Positions 20,410 through 32,258 of a stretch of DNA of 64,000 nucleotides are shown here, piece after piece. The notes below the pieces were generated by a model. That model made no database searches, had not been told where the DNA came from, and worked only from the letters and a program-made list of their open reading frames with translations. Source of the DNA: an uncultured Candidatus Saccharibacteria bacterium (GTDB lineage Bacteria; Patescibacteriota; Doudnabacteria; UBA920); contig CAYQEU010000001.1 of assembly GCA_964416765.1 (NCBI GenBank), positions 407,253-471,252 of the forward strand, given 5' to 3'. Position 1 is the first letter of the stretch, and each line of letters begins with the position of its first letter. A program made the position numbers and the translations under genes.

Positions 20410-21495
20410 ATGAACACCGTTTTATATATAATTATCGGGATTTTACTGGCGGGATTTGGAATACTTTTATATATGATAAGCCGGCTGCGGGCCGGTAACG
20501 CCAACCCGGAAACCGACGAGAAATCTCTGGCTTTGCTTCTTAATCAAATGAACGAGCTTTCCCGCGTCGTAGACCGAAAAATGGGCGAGGCATCACAAAA
20601 TTTGGTCAAAACCCAAGACCGGATGGCGGAAACCATGAAGACTCAGTTTTCCGAAAGTTCCAAGCTTATAAAAGACGTTACTGAAGGACTGGTTAAGCTG
20701 GATGAGACCAACAAGCAGGTGGTTTCTTTCGCCGACCAGCTCAAGAACCTCCAGGATATTTTGAAAAACCCGAAACAGCGCGGGACCTTGGGTGAGTACT
20801 ACCTGGAAACCACTTTAAAGAATGTATTGGGGCCGGGCATGTACCAAATGCAGTACCCGTTTAAGAACAAAGAAATCGTGGACGCGGTTGTATTCGTCAA
20901 AGGAAAAATCATTCCAATCGACTCCAAGTTTTCTCTGGAAAATTATAACCGCCTTTCAGGAACTAACGATGCGGGAGAAAAAGCGCGCCTCGAAAAAATC
21001 TTTGTTAATGACCTGAAGCTCCGTATTACCGAAACTTCCAAATACATCCGACCCCAGGAAAACACTATGGACTTTGCTTTCATGTTTATCCCGCATGAAG
21101 CGATTTACTATGACCTGCTGACCAATAAAATCGGCGGGGTCAGCGATGACGACGAAAACCTCATCCAGCGGGCCGCGGGCAAGTACAAGGTTATAATAGT
21201 ATCACCAACCTCTTTCCTGGCTTACTTGCAGACAGTACTGCAGGGGCTTAAGGCCATGCAAATTGAAGAGTCGGCCAAACAGATCCGCGCCAACGTTGAA
21301 AACCTGCAAAAACATTTAAAATCCTACGAAGAATACCATACCAAACTGGGTTCTTCGCTTGGTACCGTGGTTAACCACTTCAATGCTTCCAGCAAGGAAT
21401 TTAAGAAAGTCGACAAGGACATGCTTAAAATCACCGACGAAAGTGTCCTGGAAGACTTGCCGCTCTTGGAAAAACCCGAGAACGAAACTGTTTAA
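20410..21495 (+). CDS. rmuC: DNA recombination protein RmuC
   Basis: N-terminal TM helix, long coiled-coil, C-terminal RmuC-like block (FAFMFIPHEAIYYDLL, VIIVSPTSFLAYLQTV). Confidence 0.6.
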   Translation: MNTVLYIIIGILLAGFGILLYMISRLRAGNANPETDEKSLALLLNQMNELSRVVDRKMGEASQNLVKTQDRMAETMKTQFSESSKLIKDVTEGLVKLDETNKQVVSFADQLKNLQDILKNPKQRGTLGEYYLETTLKNVLGPGMYQMQYPFKNKEIVDAVVFVKGKIIPIDSKFSLENYNRLSGTNDAGEKARLEKIFVNDLKLRITETSKYIRPQENTMDFAFMFIPHEAIYYDLLTNKIGGVSDDDENLIQRAAGKYKVIIVSPTSFLAYLQTVLQGLKAMQIEESAKQIRANVENLQKHLKSYEEYHTKLGSSLGTVVNHFNASSKEFKKVDKDMLKITDESVLEDLPLLEKPENETV

Positions 21496-21512
21496 CAAAT
21501 TAATTTAATTTT

Positions 21513-22034
21513 ATGTCTATAAGAAACCCGGATCAGCGCGTTGGTGTGTTCATCGACGTGCAGAACCTGTACTACTCGGCCCGCAATATTTACGGCGCCC
21601 GGGTAAACTTTAACGAAATATTAAAAGAGGCCGTGGCCGGACGAAAGCTCATCCGCGCCATCGCTTATGTTGTTCAGGCCGACATGCCCGAAGAACACAC
21701 TTTTTTCGAAGCCCTCGAAAAGGCCGGTTTCGAAGTAAAGAAGAAAGAGCTCCAGACTTTTGCCGGCGGCCACCAAAAAGGGGACTGGGATGTCGGAATC
21801 GCCATGGACATCATCAAACAAATGAGCAAGCTCGATGTAGTTGTGCTAGCCTCCGGCGACGGTGACTTTGTCCCATTGCTCGAATACCTACAAATGACCG
21901 GACAGCTGACGGAGACCGTGGCGTTCGGCAAGTCATGCAGCGGCAAAATCAAAGAATTGACCGATCATTTCATTGACCTGGACGAGGCGCCCAAGAAATT
22001 CTTAATTCCCATGAAACCGTCCAAGCGCCGCTAA
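21513..22034 (+). CDS. NYN-domain (LabA/YacP-like) putative RNase
   Basis: VGVFIDVQNLYYSARN and D-rich core (VVLASGDGDF) typical of the NYN/LabA fold. Confidence 0.7.
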   Translation: MSIRNPDQRVGVFIDVQNLYYSARNIYGARVNFNEILKEAVAGRKLIRAIAYVVQADMPEEHTFFEALEKAGFEVKKKELQTFAGGHQKGDWDVGIAMDIIKQMSKLDVVVLASGDGDFVPLLEYLQMTGQLTETVAFGKSCSGKIKELTDHFIDLDEAPKKFLIPMKPSKRR

Positions 22035-22474
22035 TGAAAGTTGTCCTTGATACCAATGTTTTAATAGACGGGTTCCGTGATGACTATTCCTACGAGAAGC
22101 AGATTATCGACGAGATCCGCACGGGCAAGATTGAAGCTTACGCGAACCGCCAAACCATCCAGGAAAACAAATTGATCCTCGGCCGACTGGTGGACAATTC
22201 GGATTACGAAAGGGAACTGAACGATTTTTTTAGCCAAATCACTTTGGTCGTTAACCGGCACCAAATCCACGTTGTCCGCGACCCGGAAGACAACAAAATT
22301 CTGGAAAGCGCGGTGGAGGCTGAAGCGGACTATCTCATCACACGGGATAACGACCTGCTCGAACTCAAAAAATATAAAGAAGTAGAAATTTTAAGCCCAC
22401 AGGCTTTCTGGGTCCGCTACAAAGACGAAGGCAACGACCTTTGGCAGGCATGGGCGAATTTTATAAAGTCATAA
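22034..22474 (+). CDS. PIN-domain protein
   Basis: N-terminal MKVVLDTNVLID, acidic residues at conserved PIN positions. Overlaps the NYN stop (TAATG). Confidence 0.65.
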   Translation: MKVVLDTNVLIDGFRDDYSYEKQIIDEIRTGKIEAYANRQTIQENKLILGRLVDNSDYERELNDFFSQITLVVNRHQIHVVRDPEDNKILESAVEAEADYLITRDNDLLELKKYKEVEILSPQAFWVRYKDEGNDLWQAWANFIKS

Positions 22475-25419
22475 TGTCCCAGCTGCTCGAAAACCTAAAC
22501 AAAGAACAGCTCCAAGCCGTCACTCACAATGACGGGCCTTTGTTAATTGTAGCCGGGGCGGGGACAGGTAAAACCACGGTAATTACGCGGCGAATTGCTT
22601 ATCTCATAGAGCAGAAATTGGCCCAGCCCGATGAAATCCTCGCGTTAACATTTACTGAAAAGGCGGCCGGGGAAATGGAGGAGCGCGTAGACCAGCTCCT
22701 TCCCTTGGGCAATTACGACTTGTGGATTTCAACGTTCCACAGCTTCTGCGAGCGGCTCATTAAACAGCACGGACTGGATATAGGGATATCCAACGATTTC
22801 AAGATCCTGGATGACATTAAGCGCTGGATTTTGCTGTTTGAAAATTTTGATAAGTTTAAGCTGGACTACTACAAACCGCTAGGTTCACCCAATAAATTTA
22901 TTGATGCTTTGCTTGACCATTTTAATAAATGCAAAGACGAGCTTATAACACCGGAAGAATACTTAGCGTACGCCGAAAACCTGGCGCTGCAGTCGGGCGC
23001 CGCTGAGCTTCTGCCCAGCAAGGAACAGTCCGAGGAAGCCGTGGAAGCGAGCCGCGCGCGCGAAGTAGCGGAGGCATACCATGTGTACCAAAAATTGCTG
23101 CTCGACAACGAGTACCTTGATTTCGGCGACCTCATCAGCTATGCCATCCGCATGTTTGAACAGCGGCCAAATATTCTCGCCGGTTACCGAAAAAAGTTTA
23201 AGTACGTTCTCATAGATGAATTCCAGGATACCAACTACGCCCAGTATAAGCTAATCAAACTCCTTACTGAAAGACGGGACGGGCAAAGCGCTCCCAACCT
23301 CGTGGTGGTGGGTGACGACGACCAGTCGATTTATAAGTTCCGCGGAGCCAGCGTGTCCAACATCATGAACCTGAAGAAGGACTTTCCGGGGACGGCCGAA
23401 ATAACCCTGACGCAAAATTACCGCAGCAGCCAGGAGATTTTGGATTTGGCATACAACTTCATCCAGGCCAATAACCCTAACCGTTTGGAAACAGAACTCG
23501 GCATCGACAAGCACCTTCACGCCAACACAAAAAACAAGGCGGTCATAGAAGTGCTGGAAGGCAAAGACCTCAGCGAAGAATTAGATATGGTAGTCAAAAA
23601 GGTTTTGCAGCTTAAAACCAGCCAAAAAAAATCCACCTGGAATGATTTTGCCATTCTCATCCGGGCCAACTCGGCGGCGGAAGAAATTTTGCCGCGCCTG
23701 GACAGTGCCGGCATTCCCTACAATTTTGTGGCGAACCGGGGCCTTTACCGCAAACGCTTAATCGCTGATTTGATTAATTACCTAATGCTTCTTGATAATC
23801 ACCATGAATCGGCCAGCCTTTACCGGATCCTGAATTTCCCTAAGTTTCAGGTCAATCACGAAGACCTGGCTCATTTAACGCAGTATTCCAACAAGCATAC
23901 CTTGTCGCTTTACCAGACATTGGGAACCGCTGAGGCGCTCGCGGAAGTGAGCAGCACGACCAGGAAAAAGGTAGAAGAACTTTTGGCTCTCATAGAAAAG
24001 CACAGCAAGCTTAGCCCCGAAGTGTCAGCCGTGGAATTATTCGTGCGCATAGTCGAAGATCTGGGCATTGTTCAAATGGTCGAGGAAGACACACTCGAAA
24101 ACGCGGAGCGGCGTGAGCATTTGGAACAGTTCTATAAAAGAATAGAAGCATACACCCAGGAGAATGCCAACCATACTTTGCGAGGATTCATAAATTACCT
24201 GAACCTTGAACTAAAAGCAGGGGAGGAAGGCCCTATAAAATTTGACCCCAATTCTGGACCCGAATCCCTTAAGATAATGACGATCCATGCCGCCAAAGGC
24301 CTGGAGTTTGAAAATGTTTTCCTGGTGAACCTTGTAGATCAGCGTTTTCCCACCCGAAGCAAGCGCGATACCATAGAAGTGCCGGAACCGCTCATCAAGG
24401 ACATTTTGCCGGAAGGTGATTTCCATATGCAGGAAGAGCGCCGGTTGTTTTACGTTGCCATAACACGCGCGAAAACAAATTTGTTCCTCAGCTGGGGCCG
24501 CGATTACGGCGGCTCAAAATTAAAGAAGCCTTCGGTCTTTCTCCAGGAAACCAACCTGGTCCCCAGTGAAAAAGTTAACACCGCCACGGGCAAGGTAGTA
24601 TTCACTAAGCCGAAAGGCAACCCCAAAAAAGTCGCCTACAAGCAGCTGCCAACCTCTTTCTCCTACAGCGCCATTACCCAATTTTTAAATTGTCCGCTGG
24701 ATTATAAATACCGGTACTATCTAAGGCTGCCTATGCCAGGCGCGCCTCAGCTTTCTTTCGGAGTAACAATGCACGCGACCTTCCAGAAATTTATGGAGCA
24801 GTACCTTGCGGCCGCGCAGTCCCCCCAGCAAGACCTGTTTTCCGGCGAAGCAAAGCTGGCCCTCCCCACTATGGATACCCTTGAGTCGCTTTACTCACTC
24901 TGCTGGGTGGATGAATGGTATGAAAACCCAGCCCAAAAGGAACTATTCCGAAAAAAGGGACGCGACTTCCTAAAAATATTCTACGACCAAACCACTAAGA
25001 CAAAGCCGCAGCCCAAATATATAGAGAAGTTTTTTCAAATGAAGTTAAAAGACGGGAAAGACGAATTTTCCTTTGTTGGCAAAATTGACCGGGCCGATGA
25101 AGGCAAGGCTGGGCTCGACATCATAGATTACAAAACCGGCAAGGTCCCATCGAAAAAGGGAAATATAGACCAATTGCGGGTTTACCAATGGGCGGCCGAG
25201 GAATATTTCCAGGAAAAAGTAGAGTCATTATGCTATTGGTACCTCGACGGTAATGAAACTATTTCGGTTCCTTTGGGCACTCCTGAAGAGATCAACAAAC
25301 TAAAAAGTTCCATGCTTGAAACAATCAAGGAAATTCGACACGCCATCAAGTATGACCTCTTCGCCGACCTTCATAAAAAGACCAAACAGCACCAGTGCAA
25401 TTTTGCTGATACGCTTTAA
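22441..25419 (+). CDS. UvrD/PcrA-family superfamily-1 helicase with a C-terminal PD-(D/E)XK (RecB/Cas4-like) nuclease domain
   Basis: Walker A AGAGTGKTT, DEFQDTN (motif II), QNYRS (motif IV), and a C-terminal nuclease DIIDYKTGK with flanking Cys residues. 992 aa. Confidence 0.85.
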   Translation: MAGMGEFYKVIMSQLLENLNKEQLQAVTHNDGPLLIVAGAGTGKTTVITRRIAYLIEQKLAQPDEILALTFTEKAAGEMEERVDQLLPLGNYDLWISTFHSFCERLIKQHGLDIGISNDFKILDDIKRWILLFENFDKFKLDYYKPLGSPNKFIDALLDHFNKCKDELITPEEYLAYAENLALQSGAAELLPSKEQSEEAVEASRAREVAEAYHVYQKLLLDNEYLDFGDLISYAIRMFEQRPNILAGYRKKFKYVLIDEFQDTNYAQYKLIKLLTERRDGQSAPNLVVVGDDDQSIYKFRGASVSNIMNLKKDFPGTAEITLTQNYRSSQEILDLAYNFIQANNPNRLETELGIDKHLHANTKNKAVIEVLEGKDLSEELDMVVKKVLQLKTSQKKSTWNDFAILIRANSAAEEILPRLDSAGIPYNFVANRGLYRKRLIADLINYLMLLDNHHESASLYRILNFPKFQVNHEDLAHLTQYSNKHTLSLYQTLGTAEALAEVSSTTRKKVEELLALIEKHSKLSPEVSAVELFVRIVEDLGIVQMVEEDTLENAERREHLEQFYKRIEAYTQENANHTLRGFINYLNLELKAGEEGPIKFDPNSGPESLKIMTIHAAKGLEFENVFLVNLVDQRFPTRSKRDTIEVPEPLIKDILPEGDFHMQEERRLFYVAITRAKTNLFLSWGRDYGGSKLKKPSVFLQETNLVPSEKVNTATGKVVFTKPKGNPKKVAYKQLPTSFSYSAITQFLNCPLDYKYRYYLRLPMPGAPQLSFGVTMHATFQKFMEQYLAAAQSPQQDLFSGEAKLALPTMDTLESLYSLCWVDEWYENPAQKELFRKKGRDFLKIFYDQTTKTKPQPKYIEKFFQMKLKDGKDEFSFVGKIDRADEGKAGLDIIDYKTGKVPSKKGNIDQLRVYQWAAEEYFQEKVESLCYWYLDGNETISVPLGTPEEINKLKSSMLETIKEIRHAIKYDLFADLHKKTKQHQCNFADTL

Positions 25420-25455
25420 TCTGTGGTATAATTAACGCGTTAAAACAAAAATTGG

Positions 25456-25824
25456 ATGCCTGAAAAAACCCTACGCTACATACCAACTATTGGCATAAGC
25501 ACAGCTGTCTGCCTAGCATCATTCATATCTATCCTATACCTCTCGGATCCTTTCCAGGATGGCATTGTAGCCCATATTTTCTTCCATCTAAGCCTTTTTT
25601 TGACAATCACCGGCCTAGCGACCATTTTCGGCCTTTTGATACGCCAGCGCTTCAGTAGCGGCCTGTACATCCAAAACCTGTCCGTCAGCTTCCGCCAAGG
25701 GTTGTTCCTAGGTGTACTCCTTATCGGCTCACTACTCCTGCAATCGTACGGCATCCTGTTCTGGTGGGTAGAGCTGGCCTTAATCCTATTCCTTATCTTT
25801 TTTGAATTATTCCTCAACCTCTAA
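25456..25824 (+). CDS. Hypothetical polytopic membrane protein
   Basis: 122 aa with 3-4 TM helices. A TGgTATAAT promoter-like element lies upstream (25434-25442). Confidence 0.45.
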   Translation: MPEKTLRYIPTIGISTAVCLASFISILYLSDPFQDGIVAHIFFHLSLFLTITGLATIFGLLIRQRFSSGLYIQNLSVSFRQGLFLGVLLIGSLLLQSYGILFWWVELALILFLIFFELFLNL

Positions 25825-25827
25825 CTA

Positions 25828-27279
25828 ATGGCTGAGCCAAACCAAAATACACCAACTTCCGGCAACGAAGAACCAGCTTTCTATAATGTAATGCCTCGCG
25901 GCAAACGCGATGCCCAGGTTTTTTCGACACCGGTAGTTAAGACTTCCAGTTCAACCCTTTCAGATGCCCCGGATTTGACTCCCGACAAGTCAGCTTTTGC
26001 CGTACCCCGGTCGGGTCGTCGCATTGGCATGATTATCGGTTTGGCTATCGCGGTTTTGGTGTTGGTAGCTTTTGGCTATCTCGGCTACCGCTATGCCAAG
26101 CAGCGCCAAAACACCGCGAAGTCTAACAACAACGAGAATGTTGAACCCGCCAACAATTCCAACACCGATCAGCAGATCAGCGGAGTCACGACTCCGCCGG
26201 AATGGCAACAGCGCTATTTCAGTTCCGCTACTTGCAGCGACATAAACGTGTGCGGAGATACCGCTGACCCTGACCGGGACGGTTTAAATAATCTTGACGA
26301 GTACAATACCAAGACTGACCCGAACAACAACGATAGTGACGGTGATGGTTTAGCCGATGGGGACGAAGCGCACATTTTTGGCGGCAGCCCCCTAACTCAG
26401 CGCACAAACTCCTCAGTTGAATACACTGACGCTGATTTCGCAAAAGGCGGATACGACGTTAACACGAATGAAAAATTTACTGCCGACCGCTTAAGTGAAA
26501 TCAAAACGAAGATCAAAGACAAAGGGTTGCACCAGCCAACTATTAAAACTTTAGGCGCTGATGCGTTAAAGCAATATGACTTTACCGATGTCTCGGCAAC
26601 CAACGACAACTCCGACAGCTCAAGCATAGACAGCTCAATTGACCAGTCCCCATCAGCGAAATTGGCGCGGGATACTCGCCGTGCCGATACCATCAAAAAA
26701 GTTGGGGGCGCATTGCTTAAATACAAAGATGCCAACCACGGAACTTTCCCGGACGCGACTGATTTCCCAAGTATGGTCCAAAAAATTAAGCCATATCTTT
26801 CGGTTGCCACCAACTTTGACGACCCCATTAACAAGGACAAGTATGTCTATGGTTACGTCAGCACGAACAGCAACCAGGATTTCACGTTGATGTACTACAG
26901 CGAAACCCAAAACCTGCTCATCAAGTATACCGCTCAGCAGGCCCAGCTTGACCAGGTAAAGGACAACGCCAGCGCCAACGACAACATCCGCCTCCACGAT
27001 ATTCAAAACATAGCTACGGCCCTGGGAATTTACTCTGACGCCCACACTTCCGCGAATGGAACCAATGAAAAAGTTTTCCCTCCGCAGGACAGCTGGAAAC
27101 AAGAATTGATTAACGGCCACTTCATCAGCCAAATTCCAACCGACCCTCGGACCGGCCAGGACTATGACTACCAGGTGGGCGACCACTTTGACACATTCAC
27201 GCTTAAAGCCACTTACGACAATCCGCCCCGAGGACAAACAGGCTACATGTGCAACCAGATCGAGTGTAAGAATTACTAG
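25828..27279 (+). CDS. Membrane-anchored extracellular protein with thrombospondin-type-3-like Ca-binding D-rich repeats and two tandem pseudopilin-like domains
   Basis: TM helix (IGMIIGLAIAVLVLVAFGYLGY), then DPDRDGLNNLDEYNTKTDPNNNDSDGDGLADGDE. Two pilin-head-like segments (RRADTIKKVGGALLKYKDANHGTFPD; IRLHDIQNIATALGIYSDAHTS..FPP). Confidence 0.6.
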   Translation: MAEPNQNTPTSGNEEPAFYNVMPRGKRDAQVFSTPVVKTSSSTLSDAPDLTPDKSAFAVPRSGRRIGMIIGLAIAVLVLVAFGYLGYRYAKQRQNTAKSNNNENVEPANNSNTDQQISGVTTPPEWQQRYFSSATCSDINVCGDTADPDRDGLNNLDEYNTKTDPNNNDSDGDGLADGDEAHIFGGSPLTQRTNSSVEYTDADFAKGGYDVNTNEKFTADRLSEIKTKIKDKGLHQPTIKTLGADALKQYDFTDVSATNDNSDSSSIDSSIDQSPSAKLARDTRRADTIKKVGGALLKYKDANHGTFPDATDFPSMVQKIKPYLSVATNFDDPINKDKYVYGYVSTNSNQDFTLMYYSETQNLLIKYTAQQAQLDQVKDNASANDNIRLHDIQNIATALGIYSDAHTSANGTNEKVFPPQDSWKQELINGHFISQIPTDPRTGQDYDYQVGDHFDTFTLKATYDNPPRGQTGYMCNQIECKNY

Positions 27280-27281
27280 AC

Positions 27282-27740
27282 ATGATGAACTTCCTAAAAA
27301 AGTTGTTTGGTTCCGGCACACTGGCTGGGACCGCTTCCGCCACTCCTGAACCGCCAATCAGCCAAACCCAGCAGGGTTCCGGCAAAATCATCGCGGCTAA
27401 AGCCGTTAAAGTTGAAAAGCACCCTAACGCCGACCGCCTTAGGGTTATTACCCTTGATGCCGGCAGTTTCGGCACCATTGAACCGGTTGTATGCGGCGCT
27501 TTTAACTTTGACGTGGGGGACATGGTAGTACTGGCCCTCCCAGGAGCGCAAATTGCCCACAATATCCACTCGGAAGAACATGAACCCTTTACGCTGGGCA
27601 AGGCCAAGATCCGGGGCATAGAAAGCCACGGAATGATCTGCGCGGCATTTGAGGTTGGAGCTTCCCCCGAAGTAGGCGACAAACCCGAAATCATGGTCTT
27701 GCCCCCAAACACCGTACCTGGTACAATTCTACCTTACTAA
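27282..27740 (+). CDS. Stand-alone tRNA-binding (Myf/Trbp111/CsaA-like OB-fold) protein
   Basis: KIIAAKAVKVEKHPNADRLRVITLDAGS...VVCGAFNFDVGDMVVLALPGAQI is the tRNA-binding domain found at the PheT N-terminus and in CsaA. Confidence 0.75.
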   Translation: MMNFLKKLFGSGTLAGTASATPEPPISQTQQGSGKIIAAKAVKVEKHPNADRLRVITLDAGSFGTIEPVVCGAFNFDVGDMVVLALPGAQIAHNIHSEEHEPFTLGKAKIRGIESHGMICAAFEVGASPEVGDKPEIMVLPPNTVPGTILPY

Positions 27741-27750
27741 CAAGACCCAT

Positions 27751-28887
27751 ATGGAAATTGATATTGACCTCAGCCAGGAGCAAGAGCTCCTAAAACATTT
27801 AGCTACCCGAACCGACGCCGAAGCGCGCCGTATTGAACGTTACCTAAACATGCCGGACCTCTCCCGGACGGCTGGCAACCCGTTGAATGAAATAGTAAAG
27901 CGGGTTATTGCCCAGCCGGCTTTTAAGGGCTTTGACATCATCAAGGTTCCGGAGATTGTCCCGACTGACATAACCTTTGATCTGTTTGATTTCGCCGCGG
28001 ACCATCCCGCCCGCTCCAAGAGCGATACCTATTATGTAGACGAAACCAATATTCTCCGGACTCACACCACAGTGATGTGGCACTACTACTTAAATGACCC
28101 CGATGTTAAGCGCCGCATGGAAGCAGGGGAGCCGGTCGGCTGTTTCTGCTTTGGCAAGGTTTACCGCAAAGACGAAATCGACCGCAACCACATGAACGTG
28201 TTCCACCAAATGGACGCTTGGTACTTGGCCCCTAAAGGCGATGCTAACTTGACTATTGACCACCTTAAGGAAGCCTTATTGCAATTCGCGCAGGCTGTAT
28301 TCGGTAAAGACGTGGAAGTAAGATTCAACCCCGATACTTTCCCTTACACGGACCCTTCCCTGGAAATGGAAGTAAAAAAAGGCGACCAATGGCTTGAAGT
28401 CGTGGGCGCTGGCATGGTTAAAGACACCGTACTCCAAAAACTTGGTATTGATTCCGATAAGTGGCACGGTTGGGCCTTCGGCCCCGGTCTCGAGCGTTTT
28501 GCCATGATCTCCATGGAATTGCCTGATATCCGTTTGCTTTGGAGTGACGATGAGCGCGTTAAGAAACAGATGCAACTGGGCCACAAGTTTGTGGAAGTTA
28601 GCAAATACCCGCCGATTATCCGCGACATCTCTTTCATTGTAAAAAAGGATTTTATTCCAAACGACTACTTTGACCTGATCCGTGATATTGGCGGCGACCT
28701 GGTCGAAGAAGTCCAACTCCTCGACAAGTACGAGAATGATGAAAAATTTGGCCCCGATCGTATGAGCTACACCTACCGCATCTTCTACCGCAGTCCGGAC
28801 AAAACCCTCCAGGCTGAAGAAATTGATCCACTCCAGGACCAGGTTTACAAGCAAACCGCTGAAATTTACCAGGCTGAACTGCGCTAA
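27751..28887 (+). CDS. pheS: Phenylalanine--tRNA ligase alpha subunit
   Basis: Class II aaRS motifs (FDxxDHPAR...RTHTT, motif 3 GWAFGPGLERFAMI). 378 aa. Confidence 0.9.
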   Translation: MEIDIDLSQEQELLKHLATRTDAEARRIERYLNMPDLSRTAGNPLNEIVKRVIAQPAFKGFDIIKVPEIVPTDITFDLFDFAADHPARSKSDTYYVDETNILRTHTTVMWHYYLNDPDVKRRMEAGEPVGCFCFGKVYRKDEIDRNHMNVFHQMDAWYLAPKGDANLTIDHLKEALLQFAQAVFGKDVEVRFNPDTFPYTDPSLEMEVKKGDQWLEVVGAGMVKDTVLQKLGIDSDKWHGWAFGPGLERFAMISMELPDIRLLWSDDERVKKQMQLGHKFVEVSKYPPIIRDISFIVKKDFIPNDYFDLIRDIGGDLVEEVQLLDKYENDEKFGPDRMSYTYRIFYRSPDKTLQAEEIDPLQDQVYKQTAEIYQAELR

Positions 28888-28922
28888 TTTTTGTAACAAA
28901 AAGTAGTCTTCAAAATGTGTCT

Positions 28923-28955
28923 AAATCCCTCTTACTTTAGAGGGATTTTCTTTAT
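28923..28955 (+). terminator. Rho-independent terminator after pheS
   Basis: 9-bp stem aaatccctc/gagggattt followed by TCTTTAT. Confidence 0.55.
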
Positions 28956-28963
28956 AAAAACGC

Positions 28964-28992
28964 TCGAAAAATCACCTAAAAAATGCTATAAT
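28964..28992 (+). promoter_or_regulatory. Extended -10 promoter (TGcTATAAT) upstream of gyrB
   Basis: TGnTATAAT at 28984-28992 with a weak -35. Confidence 0.35.
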
Positions 28993-29024
28993 TAAGAGGT
29001 AAAAATAACGCAAAAATCTAGTAA

Positions 29025-31130
<2,106 letters not shown>

Positions 31131-31141
31131 ATCTATGCAAA

Positions 31142-31181
31142 TAAAAAGGGCGCGCTTTGATATACAAAGTGCGTCCTTTTT
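31142..31181. terminator. Bidirectional hairpin terminator between convergent gyrB and lipoprotein genes
   Basis: A-run, imperfect 12-bp hairpin (agggcgcgctttg...caaagtgcgtcct), T-run. Confidence 0.5.
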
Positions 31182-31214
31182 ACGTGAGGAATACATTCGT
31201 TGTTTAGCGTTTTG

Positions 31215-32078
31215 CTACGCGCCTTCCTTGGTCGGTTGGTAGCGGGCGAAGTTCTGCCGCTGTCCGAGCAAGGTGTTAACCTTGAAGATGATGGCTTTCC
31301 CGGTGTCGTCCATGGGGATGTCCGGTATTTCCAAATCACTTTTGGGGTTAACGGCGGGCTTCAGTACGCCCTGCTTTTCCAACTCGCCGACATGAGCGAA
31401 CAATTCGTCGAAAGTCTCGAACAAATTCACTAGGAACTTGTCGGGGCTTTTTAGCGGATAAAGCGCGACGAGGTTGTCGGTTGGAACGAGATAGCCGTAA
31501 GTCTGCTTGTCCGGCTTGCCGTTCATGCGGATGCCGTAGACCCGCTCATATTCCGTGGCACATTCGGGACCGTGCCAAACTTTGATAGTTACGAGGGAAG
31601 AGTCGAGGACGGAGTTCTGGTAAACCACATCATCGGTCTTGCCGTCGCCGTCGTGGTCGCTGGCTCGGAAAATCTCACCCACGCTTTCGCGGTTCTTGTT
31701 CTGGACGTAATACTCGATGGCGTGGAATTTTCCATCCGCGTAATCGAGAGCGACAATGGAAGCGGTCAAATTGCCGTCAACCTTAGGTGCCGGAATGGCA
31801 ACCGGTTTGGGCTTGGCGGAAGGACGGGGCGATGGTGCCTGTCTGACCGGCTTGTCATTGGGGACTATTAGCGACAGGTTGTACTGCGGAGGACCCGCAG
31901 GTTCTGCGCTAGGGGCGGGGGATGGCTGCACCGGAGCCGGAGAAGGAGAGGCTTTAGAAACCTCGACCTGTACCGAAGTCGGTGCCGAATTGGTTGAATC
32001 AGACGATGCCGTCTGACTATTACGAGAGCAGCCTAAAAAGGCCGCCACAGCTAAAAGCAACAGTATTCTGAATTTCAT
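31215..32078 (-). CDS. Secreted lipoprotein with Pro-rich linker, hypothetical
   Basis: Lipobox LLLAVAAFLGC. Pro/Ser-rich low-complexity N-terminal third. GC-rich relative to flanks. Confidence 0.6.
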   Translation of the reverse strand: MKFRILLLLAVAAFLGCSRNSQTASSDSTNSAPTSVQVEVSKASPSPAPVQPSPAPSAEPAGPPQYNLSLIVPNDKPVRQAPSPRPSAKPKPVAIPAPKVDGNLTASIVALDYADGKFHAIEYYVQNKNRESVGEIFRASDHDGDGKTDDVVYQNSVLDSSLVTIKVWHGPECATEYERVYGIRMNGKPDKQTYGYLVPTDNLVALYPLKSPDKFLVNLFETFDELFAHVGELEKQGVLKPAVNPKSDLEIPDIPMDDTGKAIIFKVNTLLGQRQNFARYQPTKEGA

Positions 32079-32258
32079 TCAATTTCCTCGCGTTCAAAGA
32101 TTCTCACGCCCGGGGCGTGATTTCCATAATTATTCCGATATTGGCCCCAAAAGTCAATGGGCAAGCAACTTGCGGGTCACCTCAATATATGCAAGAATAG
32201 CGTGGCTTGCCCTTTAATAGGGTACTGCTATTCCAAGAACGGAGGCTCCAGGCTAACT

